From the human T2T-CHM13v2.0 reference genome, Homo sapiens: a stretch of DNA of 64,000 nt. Within the stretch, counting starts at the first letter, position 1; the number at the start of each line of letters is the position of its first letter. Below, piece after piece: positions 40,501 to 53,917 of this stretch. A program made the translations under genes and the position numbers. The notes under the pieces are model-generated. The model did no database searches. It saw only the letters and a program-made list of their open reading frames with translations, and was not told the origin of the DNA. The DNA is taken from assembly GCF_009914755.1 (NCBI RefSeq), contig NC_060935.1; one strand, 5' to 3'.

Positions 40501-43500
40501 AAGGTAAAGGGGTGGGAAAAGATATTCCACACAGATGGAAACCAAATGCAAGGAGGAGTAGCAATTTTTACACCAGAAAAAAACAGACTTTAAAGCAAAA
40601 ACAGTAGAAAAAAGACAAAGAGGGACATTATATAATGATAAAAGGATCAATCTAACAAGAAAATATCACAATCCTAAATATATACGCACTTAACACGAGG
40701 TCTCCCAAATTTATAAAACAATTACTACTAGACCTAAGAAATGAGATAGATGGCAACACAATAATAGTGGGGAAATTCAATATTCCACTGACAGTACTAC
40801 AAAGTACAGAAAGTCAACAAAGAAACAATAGACTTAAAACTAAACCCTAGAACAAATGGATTTAACAGATATTTACTGGACAGTCTACCCAACAACTGCA
40901 GAATATATATTCTTTTCATCAGTACATGGAACATTCTCCAAGATAGACCAATGATAGGTCACATGTCTCTATAAATTTAAGAAAAATCTAAATTATATCA
41001 AGTATCCTCTCAGACCACAGTAAAACAAAGCTGGAAATTAACTCGAAAAGGAACACCCAAAACTGTAAAAACACACGAAAATTAAATAATCTGCTCTTCA
41101 ATGATCTTTGAGACAACAATGAAATCAACATGGAAATTTAAAAATTCTTTGAGCTGAATGATAATACTGACATAACTTGTCAAAGACTCTGGTATACAGC
41201 AAAAACGGTGCAAAGAGAAAAGTTCATAGCATTAAATGCCCATATCAAAAAGGCTAAGAGTGAAAACAGACTATCTAAGGTCACACCTCAAGGAAACAGA
41301 GAAACACGAACAAACCAAACCCAAACTCAGCAGAAGAAAAGAAATAACCCATATCAGAGCTGAACTAAATGAAGTGGAAACAACAACAACAAAACCACAC
41401 AAAAGATAAATGAAGCCAAAAGCTGGTTCTTTGAAAGAACAAACAAAATTGATAGACCATTAGCAAGATTAACCGAGAAAAGAGGAGGCAAGATCCAAAT
41501 AAGGTCTATTAGAAACAGGAGATAATACAACTGATAACACAGAAATACTAAAGATTATCCAAGGCTACTATTAACACCTTTATGTGCACAAACTAGAAAA
41601 CCTAGAGGAGATGGATAACTTCCTGGAAATATACAACCCTCCTAGATTAAACCAGGAAGAATCAGAAACTCTGTACACACCAAGTAGTCTGTTCAGAGTT
41701 CAACAAGTAGTGAGATTCAAACAGTAATTTTTAAAATGCCAACAAAAGAAGTACAGGACCAGATGTTTTCACAGCTGAATTCTATAAGACACTGAAAGAA
41801 GAATTGGTACCAATCTTAGTGAAACTATTCCAAAAGACAGAGAAAGAGGAAATCCTTCCTAAGTCATTCTATGAAGCCAACATCACCCAAATACCAAAAC
41901 CAGGAAAGGACATAACAAAAAAAGAAAACTACAGACCAGTATCCCTGAGGAACACAGATACAAAAATCCTCAACAAAATACTAGCTAACCAAATCCAAAA
42001 GAATATCAAAAATATGATACAGCATGACCAAGTGGGTTTCACAGCAGGAATGCACAGATGGTTGAACACATCTAAATCAATAAATGTGATACACCACATA
42101 CACAAAATTTATAAGAAAAAATCATATGATCATCTCAACAGACACAGAACTAGCATTTGACAAAATCCAGTATCCCTTTATGATTAAAACCCTCAGCAAA
42201 ACTGGAATAAAAGGGGCATACCTCAAGGTAATAAAAGCCAACTATGATAAATCCACAACCAACATTATACTGAATAGGGACAAGCTGAAAGCATTGCCCC
42301 TGAGAACTGGCACAAGACAAGGATGCCCACTTTCACCACTTCTATTTAACATAGTGCTACAAGTCCTGGCCGGAACAATCAGACAAGATAATGAAATAAA
42401 GGTGTCCGAATCAGTAAAGAGGAAGTCAAACTGTCGCTGTTTGCTGATGATATGATCATATACCTAGAAAACCCTAATGACTCATCTAAAAAAGCTCCCA
42501 GATCTGATAAATAGATTCAGTAAAGTTTCAGAAAACAAAATTAATATACATAAATCTGTAGCACTGCTGTACAACAACAGCAACGAAGCTGAGAATCAAA
42601 TCAAGAACTCAATCCCTTTTACAACAGCTGCCAAAAAAAAAAAATTAGGAATATACCTAACCAAGGAGATGAACTATCTCTACAAGGAAAACTGCAAAAC
42701 ACTGCTGAAAAAAATCACTGATGACACAAACAAATGGAAACACATCCCATGTTCGTGGATGGGTAGAATCAATATTGTGAAAATGACCATACTGCCAAAA
42801 GCAGTCTACAGATTCAATGCAATTCCCATCAAAATACCAGCATCATTCTTCACAAAACTACAAAAAACAATTCTAAAATTTATATGGAACCAAAAAAGAG
42901 CCCACATAGACAAAGAAAGACTAAGCAAAAAGAACAAACATGGAGGCATCACATTACTCAACTGCAAACTATACTACAAGGTTATAGTTACAGAAACAGT
43001 ATGGTACTGGTATTTAAAAAAAGGCATGTAGACCAATGGAACAGAATAAAGAACCCAGAAATAAAGCCAAATACTTATGGCCAACTGATCTTGGATAAAG
43101 CAAACAAAAACATAAATTGGGTAAGGGATACCTATTCAACAAATGGTGCTGGGATAATTGGCAAGCCAAATGTAGAAGAATGAAACTGGATCCTCATCTC
43201 TCACCATATACAAACATCAAGTCAAGATGGATCAGACTTAAATCTAAGACCTAAAACCATAAAAATTTAGAAGATAATATCAGAAAAACTCTTCTAGACA
43301 TTGGCTTAGGCAAAGAGTTCAAGACCAAGAACCCAAAAGCAAATGCAACAAAAACAAAAATTAATAGGCAGGACCTAATTAAACTAAAAAGCTTCCCTAC
43401 AGCAAGAGAAATAATCACCAGAGAAAATAGACAACTAACAGAATGGGTGAAAATATTCACAAATTATGCATCTGACAAAGAGCTAATATCCAGAATTCAC

Positions 43501-44386
43501 AAAGAACTCCAACAAATCAGCAAGAAAAAAAAAAATCCCATCACAAAGTAGGCAAAGAACATAAATAGGCAGTTCTCAAAAGAAGATAGACAAATGGCCA
43601 ACAAACACATGAAAAAATGCTCCACATTACTAATTATCAGGGAAATACAAATTAAAATTACAATGAGATAACTTCTTACTTCTGCAGCAATAGCCATAAT
43701 TTAAAAATCAAAAAATAATAGATGTTGGCATGGATGTGGTGAAAAGGGAACACGTTTACATTGCTGATGGGAATGTAAACTAGTACAACCGCTATGGAAA
43801 ATGGTATGGAGATTCCCTAAAGAACTGAAGGCAGAACTACCATATGATCCAGCAATTCCACCTCTGGATCTCTACCCAGAAGAAAAGAAGTCATTATATG
43901 AAAAAGACACTTGCATGCACATGTTTATTGCAGCACAATTTGCAACAGCAAAAATATGGAAACAGCCTAACTGGCCCTTGACCAACAAGTGGATAAAGAA
44001 AATGTGGTATATATACACTACAGAATACTACTCAGCCACAAAAAGGAATGAAATAATGGCATCCGTAGCAACCTGGATGGGTTTGGAGACCATTATTTTA
44101 AGTGAAGTAACTCAGGAATGGAAAACCAAATACCGTTATGTTCTTACTTATAAGTGGGAGCTAAGCTATGAGGACACAAAGGCATAAGACTGATATAATG
44201 GACTTTGGCACTCGAGGGGAAGGGTGGGAGGTGAGTGAGGAACAAAAGACTATACATCGGGTACAATGTACACTGCTAGGGTGACAGGTGCACCAAAATC
44301 TCAGAAAACAACCACTAAAGAACTTACCCATGTAATTAAAAGCCACCTGTTCCCCAAAAACTACTGAAATAACATTTAAAAAAAAA
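37560..44386 (+). mobile_element. Full-length decayed L1PB (L1PB1-like 3' UTR)
   Basis: Long 5' UTR, ORF1 start near 39167, ORF2 fragments 40325-44187, 3' UTR gggagctaagctatgagg...ccacctgttccccaaaaac and A-tail. Many stops and frameshifts. Confidence 0.9.
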
Positions 44387-44419
44387 TTGTATGATAAAGA
44401 AGGAGTTGAAAATCAAGAG

Positions 44420-45260
44420 TCAATCCAGTCCATCACCTATTTTGTATAGCCCTTGAGCTAAAAGTAGTTTTTACATTTATAAATGTTTGGGGAGAAAAGT
44501 CAAAAAACAATGACTACTGACATTTGAAAACTAAATGGAATTCAAACATTGGTATACATAAATAAAGTTTTATTGGAACACTGTCACACTCATTTGTTAT
44601 GTATTATTTCCAGCTGTTTTCACAATAGAATGGCAGAGGTGAATAGCTGCAAAAAGACCACATGTGGCTCTCCCATCAATCCCCACTGCTACGTGGCACA
44701 CTATACAGTATCAAATTACAACTGAACAGCATTTCAATTTCCACGTGTATTATCATACCACATTTTTTAAAATTACCAATACATATACATAGGAATAAAA
44801 ATAAGAAAAGAAGAAAGAGGTGGACTTTGAGTGTCATACTTTTAAGGCACAGGTGAATATCTATTATTTTGTTATCAAATTAGATCACAAAACATTGTGT
44901 TTATCATACAATGACACCACAGCTGTGCTAAAATAATGGAATATACATTGACACTACCAAACTATGCACTCATTACAATATTCTCAACTCACAGGAAAGT
45001 AACACTCTGAAAAATTAGAAAATTCTAAAACTGAGTACATCACCACACAGAATTTCTTCATAAAAAATAACAAGATTGCAACCTAAGTACATTTCCTAGT
45101 AGTTCATTTATCAGCAAGCAAGGAAAGTCATTTACCAATGGTGAGTTTATCAAATCACATTTGATTGCAGCAGTAAAAGAAATGTGTCAAAAAAAAAAAA
45201 ACAAATTGGTTTAAATCTACTGGTGAGAATAGTTGCTTAAAGAGTTGATTGAGGACACTG
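44420..45260 (+). mobile_element. hAT-Charlie (Cheshire-like) transposon, left part
   Basis: MER58B-like terminus followed by decayed transposase-like sequence (ggtgagtttatcaaatc..attgcagcag). Confidence 0.65.
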
Positions 45261-48200
45261 GGAGGTGGCTGGCAAGATGGCCAAATAGGAACAGCTCCAG
45301 TTTGCAGCTCCCAGCGAGATCAATGCAGAAGGCGGGTGATCTCTGCATTTACAACTGCAGGACTCGACCCATCTCATTGGGACTGATTAGACAGTGAGTG
45401 CAGCCCATGGAAGGCGAGCCAAAGCAGAGTGGGGCGTTGCCTCACCTGGGAAGGGCAAGGGGTCAGGGAACTCCCTCTCCTAGCCAAGGGAAGATGTGAG
45501 GGACTGTGCCGTGAGAAGACTGTGCCGTGAGAAACGGTGCATTCTGATCCAAATACTACGCTTTTCACATGGTCTTCACAACCTGCAGACCAGGAGATTC
45601 CCTCAGGTGATTACACCACCAGGACCCTGGTTTCAAGCACAAAATTGGGCAGCCATTTGGGCAGACACCGAGCTAGCTGCAGGAGTATTTTTTTCATACC
45701 CCAGTGGCGCCTGGAATGCCAACAAGACAGAACCATTTACTCCCCTGGAAAGGGGGCTAAAGCCAGGCAGCCAAGTGGTCTAGCTCAGCCAATCCCACCC
45801 CCAAGGAGCCCAGCAAGCTAAGATCCACTGCCTTGAAATTCTTGCTGCCAGCACAGCAGTCTGAAGTCGACCTGGGATGCTCGAGCTTGGTAGGGGGAGA
45901 GTCGTCCACCATTACCGAGGCTTGAACAGGCAATTTTCCCCTCACAATGTAAACAAAGCCCCTGGGAAGTTGGGACAGTGCAGAGCCAACCACAGAGCCA
46001 CAAAGCCACTGTAGCCAGACTGCCTCTCTAGGCAGGACATGTCTGTAAGAAAGGCAGCAGCCCCAGTCAGGGGCTTGTAGATGAAACTCCCATCTCCCTG
46101 GGACAGAGTACCTGTGAGAAGGTGGGGCTGTGGGTGCAGCTTCATCAGACCTAAACGTTCCTGCCTGCCAACTCTGAAGAGAGCAATGGATCTCCCAGCA
46201 CAGCGCTGGAGCTCTGCTAAGGGACAGACTGCCCCCTCAAGTGGGTCCCTGAACCCCATGCCTCCTGACTGGGAAACATCTCCCAGCAGTAGTCAACAGA
46301 CACCTCATGCAAGAGAGCTCCAGCTGGCATCTGGCGGGTGCCCCTCTGGGACGAAGCTTCCAGAGAAAGGAACACACAGCAAACTTTGCTGTTCTGCAGT
46401 CTCTGCTGGTGATACCCAGGCAAACAGGGTCTGGAGTGGACATACAGAAAACTCCAGCAAACCTGCAGCAGAGGGGCCTCACTATTAGAAGGAAAACTAA
46501 CAAACAGAAAGGAATAGCATCAACATTAACAAAAAGGACGTACACACATAAACCCCACCCAAAGTTACCAACATCAAACACCAAAGGTAGATAAATCCAT
46601 GAAGATGAGGAAAAACCAGAGCAAAAAGGCTGAAAATTCCAAAACCAGAACACCTCTTCTCCTCCAAGGGATCACAACTCCTTGCCAGCAAGGGAAGAAA
46701 ACCAGACAGAGAATGAGTCTGACGAATTGACAGAAGCAGGCTTCAGAAGGTGGGTAATAACAAACTCCTCCAGGCTAAAGGAGCATGTTGTAACCCAATG
46801 CAAGGAAGCTAAGAACTTTGAAAAAAGCTTAAAGGAATTGCTAACTAGAATAACCAGTTTAGAGGATAACATAAATTACTTGATGGAGCCGAGAAACACA
46901 GCACGAGAACATCGTGAAGCTTACTCAAGTATCAATAGCCAAATTGATCAAGCAGAAGAAAAGATACCAGAGATTGAAGATCAACATAATGAAATAAAGC
47001 GTGAAGACAAGATTAGAGAAAAAAGAATGAAAAGGAACAAACAAAGCCTCCAAGAAATATGGGACTATGTGAAAAGACCAAATCTATCTTTGGCTGGTGT
47101 ACCTGAAAGTGACGAGGAGAATGGAATCAAGCTGAAAAACACTCTTCAAGATATTATCCAGGAGAACTTCCCCAACCTAGCAAAACAGGCCAACATTCAG
47201 ATTCAGGAAATACAGAGAACACCACAAAGATACTCCTTGAGAAAAACAACCCCAAGACACATAATTGTCAGATACACCAAGGTTGAAATAAAGGAAAAAA
47301 TGTTAAGGGCAGCCAGAGAGAAAGATCAGGTTACCCACAAAGGGAAGCCCATCAGACTGACAGCAGAGCTCTGCAGAAACCGTACAAGCCAGAAGAGAGT
47401 AGGGGGCCAATATTCAACATTCTAAAAAGAATTTTCAACCCAGAATTTCATATCCAGCCAAACTAAGCTTCATAAGCAAAGGAGAAATAAAATCCTTTAC
47501 AGACAAGCAAATGCTGAGAAATTTTGTCACCACCAGGCCTGTCTTACAAGAACTCCTTAAGGAAGCACTACATATGGAAAGGAAAAACCGGTAGCAGCCA
47601 CTACAAAAACATACCAAATTGTAAAGACCATCAACACTATGAATAAACTGCATCAACTAACGGGCAAAATAACCAGCTAGCATCATAATGACAGGATCAA
47701 TTTCGCACATAACAATATTAACCTTAAATGTAAATGGGCTAAATGCCCCAATTAAAAGACACAGACTGGCAAACTGGATAAAGAGTCAAGACTCATCGGG
47801 GTGCTGAATTCAGGAGATTCATCTCACATGCGCACATAGGCTCAAAATAAAGGGAAGGAGGAAGATTTACCAAGCAAATGGAAGGCAAAAAAAAAAAAAA
47901 AGCAGAGAATGCAATCCTAGTCTCTGATAAAACAGACTGTAAACCACAGAGATCAAAAAAGACAAGAGCTAAAGGGATCAATGTAACAAGAAGAAGCTAA
48001 CTATCCTAAATATACATGCACCCAATACAGGAGCACTCAGATGCATAGAGCAAGTTTTTAGAGACCTACAAAGAGACTTAGACTCCCACACAATAACAGT
48101 GGGAGACTTTAACACTCCACTGTCAATATTAGACAGATCAACAAGACAGAAAATTAACAAGGATATTCAGGACTTGAACCCAGCTCTGGATGAAACAGAC

Positions 48201-51200
48201 CTAATAGACATTTACAGAACTCTCCACTCCCAAATCAACAGACTATACATTCTTCTCAGCACCATATCGCATGTATTCTAAAACTGACCACATAATTGGA
48301 AGTAAAACACTCCTCAGCAAATGCAAAAGAATGGAAATCATAACAGTCTCCCAAACAATAGGCAATCAAAATAAAATTCAGGATTAAGAAACTCACTCAA
48401 AACCGCACAACTACATGGAAACTGAACAATCTGCACCTGAATGACTACTGGGTAAATAATGCAATTAAGGCAGAAATAAATAAGTTCTTTGAAATCAACG
48501 AGAACAAAGACACAACATACCAGAATTTCTGGGACAAGTGAAAGCAGTGTTTAGAGGGAAATTTATTGCATTAATGACCACAGGAGAAAGTGGGAAAGAT
48601 CTAAAATTGGTACCCTATCATCACAGTTAAAAGAACTAGAGAAGCAAGAGCAAACAAATTCAAGAGCTAACAGAAGACAAGAAATAACTAAGGAGCAGAA
48701 CTGAAGGAGACAGAGACATGAAAAACCCTTAAAAAAAATCAGTGAATCCAGGAGCTAGTTTCTTGAAAAGATTAACAAAATGGATAGACTGCTAGCCAGA
48801 TTAATGAAGAAGAAAAGAGAGAAGAATAAAATAGACACAATAAAAAATGATGAAGGGGATATTAGCACTGATCCCACAGAAATACAAACTACAATCAGAG
48901 AATACTGTAAACACCTCTACACAAATAAACTAGAAAATCTAGAAGAAATGGATAAATTCCTGGACACATACACCTTCCCAAACTAGGAAGACACCTTCCT
49001 AAACTAGGAAGAAGTCGAATCCCTGAACAGACCAATAACAAGTTCTGAAATTGAGGCAGTAATTAATAGCCTACCTACCAAAAAAAAAAGCCCAGGATCA
49101 GACGGATTCACAGCCAAATTCTACTAGAGGTACAAAGAGAAGCTGGTACCATTCCTTCTGAAACTACTCCAAACAACTGAAAAAGAGGGACTCGTCCCTA
49201 ACTCATTTCATGAGGCCAACATCATCCTGATACCAAAACCTGGCAGAGACACAACAAAAAAACAAAATTTCAGGCCAATATCCCTGATGAACATCAATGT
49301 GAAAATCCTCAATAAAATACTGGCACACCAAATCCAGGAGCACATTAAAAAGCTTATCCACCACAATCAAGTCAGCTTCAACCCTGGGATACAAGGCTGG
49401 TTCAACATATGAAAATCAATAAGCATAATCCATCATAACAGAACCAATAACAAAACAGAACCAATGACATAAACAGAACTAATGACAAAAACCACAATTA
49501 TCTCAATAGATGCAGAAAATCCCTTTGATAAAATTCAACACTGCTTCATGCTAAAAACTCTCAATAAACTAGGTATTCATGGAATGTATCTCAAAATAAT
49601 AAGAGCTATTTATGACAAACCCACAGCCAATATCATACTGAAAGGGCAAAAGCTGGAAGCATTCCCATTGAAAATCAGCACAAGACAAGGATGCCCTCTC
49701 TCACCACTCCTATTCAACATAGTACTAGATGTTCTGGCCAGGGAAATCAGGCAAGGGAAAGAAATAAAGGGTATTCAAATAGGAAGAGAGGAAGTCAAAT
49801 TGTCTCTGTTTGCAGATGACGTGATTGTATATTTAAAAAACCCCATCGTCTCAACCCAAAATCTCCTTAAGCTGATCAGCAACTTCAGCAAAGTCTCAGG
49901 ATACAAAATTAATGTGCAAAAATCACAAGCATTCCTATACACCAATAATAGACAAACAGAGAGCCAAATCATGAGTGAACTCCCACTCACAATGGCTAAA
50001 AGAGAATAAAATACCTAGGATGATAAAATACCTAGGATGATGATACCTATGAGAATAAAATACCTACAATGAGAATAAAATACTTACAAGGGATATGAAG
50101 GACCTCTTCAAGGAGAACTACAAACCACTGCTCAATGAAATAAGAGAGGACACAAACAAATAGAAAGATATTCCATGCTCATGGATAGGAAGAATCAATA
50201 TTGTGAAAATGGCCATACTGCCCAAGGTAATTTATAGATTCAATGCTATCCTCATCAAGCCACCATTGACTTTCTTCACAGAATTAGAAAAAACTACTTT
50301 AAATTTCATATGGAACCAAAAAAGAGCCTGCATAGCCAAGACAATCCTAAGCAAAAAGAACAAAGCTGGAGGCATCACGCTACCTGACTTCAAACTACAC
50401 AAGGCTACAGTAACCAAAACAGCATGGTACTGGTGCCAAAACAGATATATAGACCAATGGTACAGAACAGAAGCCTTAGAAATAACGCCACACATCTACG
50501 ACCCTCTGATCTTTGACAAACCTGACAAAAACAAGCTATGGGGAAAGGATTCCTTATTTAATAAATAGTGTTACGAAAACTGGATACCCATATGCAGAAA
50601 ATTGAAACTGGACCCCTTCTTACACCTTATACAAATATTAACTCAAAATGAATTAAAGACTTAAACATAAGACCTAAAACCATAAAAACCCTAGAAGAAA
50701 ACCTAGGCAATACCATTCAGGACATAGGCATGGGCAAAGACTTCATGACTAAAACACCAAAAGCAATAGCAAAAAAAAAGCCAAAATTGACAAATGGAAT
50801 CTAATTAAACTAAAGACCTTCTCCACAGCAAAAGAAACTATCATCAGAGTGAACAGGCAACCTACAGAATGGGAGAAAATTTTTGCAATCTATCCATCTG
50901 ACAAAGGGCTAATATCCAGAATCTACAAGGAACTTAAACAAATTTACAAGAAAAAAAAAACCATCAAAAAGTTAGCAAAGTATATGAACAGACACTTCTC
51001 AAAAGAAGACATTTATGTGGCCAACAAACATGAAAAAAGCTCATCAATACTAGTCATCAGAGACATGCAAATCAAAACCACAATGAGATACCACCTCACA
51101 CTAGTTAGAATGGTGATCATTAAAGTCAGGAAACAACAGATGCTGGAGAGGATGTGGAGAAACAGGAACACTTTTACACTGTTGGTGGGAGTGTAAATTA

Positions 51201-51795
51201 GTTCAGCCATTGTGGAAGACAGTGCGGCGATTCCTCAAGGATCTAGAACCAGAAATACCATTTGACCCAGCAATCCCATTACTAGGTATATACCCAAAGT
51301 ATTATAAATCATTCTACTATAAAGACAAATGCACACGTATGCTTACTTCAACACTGTTCACAACAGCAAAGACTTGGAACCAACCCAAATGCCCATCAAT
51401 GATAGACTGGATAAAGAAAATGTGGCACATATACACCATGGAATACTATGCAGCCATAAAAAAAGATGAGTTCTTGTCCTTTGCAGGGACATGGATGATG
51501 CTAGAAACCATCATTCTCAGCAAACTAACACAGGAACAGAAAACCAAACACTGCATGTTCTCACTCACAAGTGTGAGTTGAACAATGAGAACACATGGAC
51601 ACAGTGAGTGGAACATCACACACCGGGGCCTGTCAGGGGGTGGGGGCTAGGGGAAGGATAGCATTAGGAGAAATACCTAATGAAGGTGACAGGTGGATGG
51701 GTGCAGCAAACCACCATGGCACATGTATACCTATGTAATAAACCTGCATGTTCTGCACATGTACTCCGGAACTTAAAAGTATAATAATAAAAAAA
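45261..51795 (+). mobile_element. Full-length decayed L1PA (L1PA7-like)
   Basis: 5' UTR ggtggctggcaagatggcc, ORF1 remnant 46682..47425, ORF2 fragments 47687-51581, 3' UTR and A-tail. Direct repeat ttgaggaca(c/t)tgg on both sides. Confidence 0.92.
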
Positions 51796-51831
51796 TCTAA
51801 AATAAATTACACATAATAATATTTTTAAAAT

Positions 51832-52830
51832 GTTGAGGACATTGGAAGCAAATCAATAGTCACTTAAAAAACAAGGCAAATGATTTCAGTGGTTTTCCTT
51901 GACTCTTGGTAAGTCAAAAAATGGAACCAATATTGCTATTGTTGTTGAGGAGTCAATGTTGAGTGTGAAATGACTGAAGAATTAGCTCCTATGAACAGTC
52001 AGCATGGGACAACTACAGGCAAGAATATTCTCACATAACTTGAGCAAACATTAATTCAGTAAAACCTGAAGTGGAATCTACTAAGATACATTATAACCAA
52101 TTTTGGTAAAAATATGTGTGGAATACAAAAAGGCTTTAGATATACATATTTTTGACATTTATTACGGAACACTAAATGACTTTGCTAATCAGTTTTTACT
52201 GCAGACTTGATGATATTTCTTGGTGAACTTAATGTACAATTACAAGAGAAAACATAGCTTATATATAAGAAACACTGACGATAAAGTCATCTTAATGACA
52301 ACTAGTATTCTGAGAATCACAAGTAATCACAAGCTACTGTCCATGCATCCCAAATTATCAAATATTAAAACAAGAAGGGAGATTTCCATTCCCATACAAA
52401 TGTGTAGTGAATATTTTTTTCTGAGCTCAAACTACAGGTCCAGTAGGGTTTTTCAGATCACATGAAAATGCAAAGTAAATTTCCATACTGCAAATTCCAT
52501 TTAACTGTGCAACTGAGAACTTCCACCTAATCTTTAATTGGAATTGATTAACTGACAATAACATGCTAAAAGGCAAATATCAAGAAGAGAATCTAACAGA
52601 ATTCTATAAATGCCTTCCTAGTGACAAATATGTTCAATTAAAATGTTTGTGAATTTATGTCAGTATTTGCTGTGCCTGAGTGAAAGACATTTTCAAAAAT
52701 GAAGTAAGTAAAATATCATTACAGATCAGCACTGATAGATGAATGTTTCCATTTTATTTTGACAGAGAACACTGACTCTTAACCACAGTTAAGTAAAATG
52801 TCCTCTCCCACAAAAGAAGAATTTCTTCAT
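51832..52830 (+). mobile_element. hAT-Charlie (Cheshire-like) transposon, right part
   Basis: Continues the transposase-like sequence after the L1 (aaaaacaaggcaaatgattt, actgaagaattagc, gggacaactacaggc). Confidence 0.65.
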
Positions 52831-52879
52831 TCTTATTAATAGATCTGTTACAAAAAGTTTTAATAAACTAAATGAGTAT

Positions 52880-53705
52880 CTCAAATGTATTACGTGAAAA
52901 ACTACACTGCTGATTTTTCCACCTATCCCCCAACAAAAACTGCTTTTCCAGCATCTCAGTACTATAAATTCCATTCTTCAGGTTGACGAAGCCAAAAAAC
53001 TTGAAGCCATTCTTAATATATCTTCATCTCATACTCTTATTACCCATTCATTGACAACAGCTGTCTTTATCAGTAAAACTATAGCATCTAACCAATTCTC
53101 ACCATATGTGCTATCATCCTGGTTCAAGCTACCATCACTATTTACCTACTAATTATAACACACAGATTCTCTTTACTTCTTTTGCCTCCTCCTACTCACA
53201 GTAACCTGAGACTTCTTTAACATTTTAAGTCAGATTGTGTCACTGCTCAGCCAAAAATCCTCCAATGGTTTCCCATCTCACTAAGCATAAAAAGCAAAAG
53301 TCTTCATCAATAAAGTACAAGAAACTGCACGATCTGCTTTCCACCCACCCAAACCACTTCTCTGACCTCATTTCTTTCTCATCCAGTTTCAGCCACACTA
53401 TCCTATTTGTGTTTCTTCCGACTTGTTCTCTAATCCTATGCCACAGCCTGTAACTTGTTCTTCCATTGCCTAAAATGATGTGTTTCCAGATAAACACACT
53501 ACTCACTCCCTCACCTCCTTCAGGTCTTTGATCAAACCTCATCTTCCCACAGAGGCCATCTGTGACTACCCTATATAATTAGCACCTATCCTTTCACACT
53601 GTATTTTTACCACTCTGTAACCCTATTACTCTGCCCACAGACTCTACGACAGTGCCAAGTATACAGTATTCACTCAATAAATATTTCCTGAATAAATGAA
53701 CAAAG
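52880..53705 (+). mobile_element. L2 3' portion
   Basis: Ends cactcaataaatatttcctgaataaatgaa. Confidence 0.75.
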
Positions 53706-53808
53706 CAACAAAATTTTTTGTGTAATGTGTCCTCAGTTCCTTTTCCTTATATAAGTGCTATATATACATATATATGTATATATGAACAATTGTATAAAAC
53801 TGATTTAC

Positions 53809-53917
53809 CATTGCGCTAAGAGTTTCTTCCCAATCAGGCCGCTCTCGAGGGTGTACATTTCTATGTAGCTCTGGAACAAAATCATCTTCTTCAGAATGTA
53901 CTGAGGACTTCATCTTC
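53809..53917 (-). CDS. ARHGAP32: ARHGAP32 internal coding exon (109 nt, phase 2 to phase 0): (R)KMKSSVHSEEDDFVPELHRNVHPRERPDWEETLSAM
   Basis: Acceptor ...gatctctag|G and donor ATG|gtaaat on the minus strand. The peptide matches the recalled N-terminal region of PX-RICS/ARHGAP32, and the phase fits the next exon. Confidence 0.95.

Noticed and set aside
45757-45993. ORF0-like frame in the L1PA7-like element as a second fusion candidate
   Set aside because: Older, CpG-depleted 5' UTR. The frame closes early, and I could not identify a matching intact donor.
39167-51581. RT, endonuclease and ORF1-like ORFs as a functional retroelement system
   Set aside because: Both full-length L1s carry many stops and frameshifts.
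53760-53783. Perfect 24-bp palindrome just downstream of the exon donor
   Set aside because: Low-complexity AT alternation makes such palindromes common by chance.
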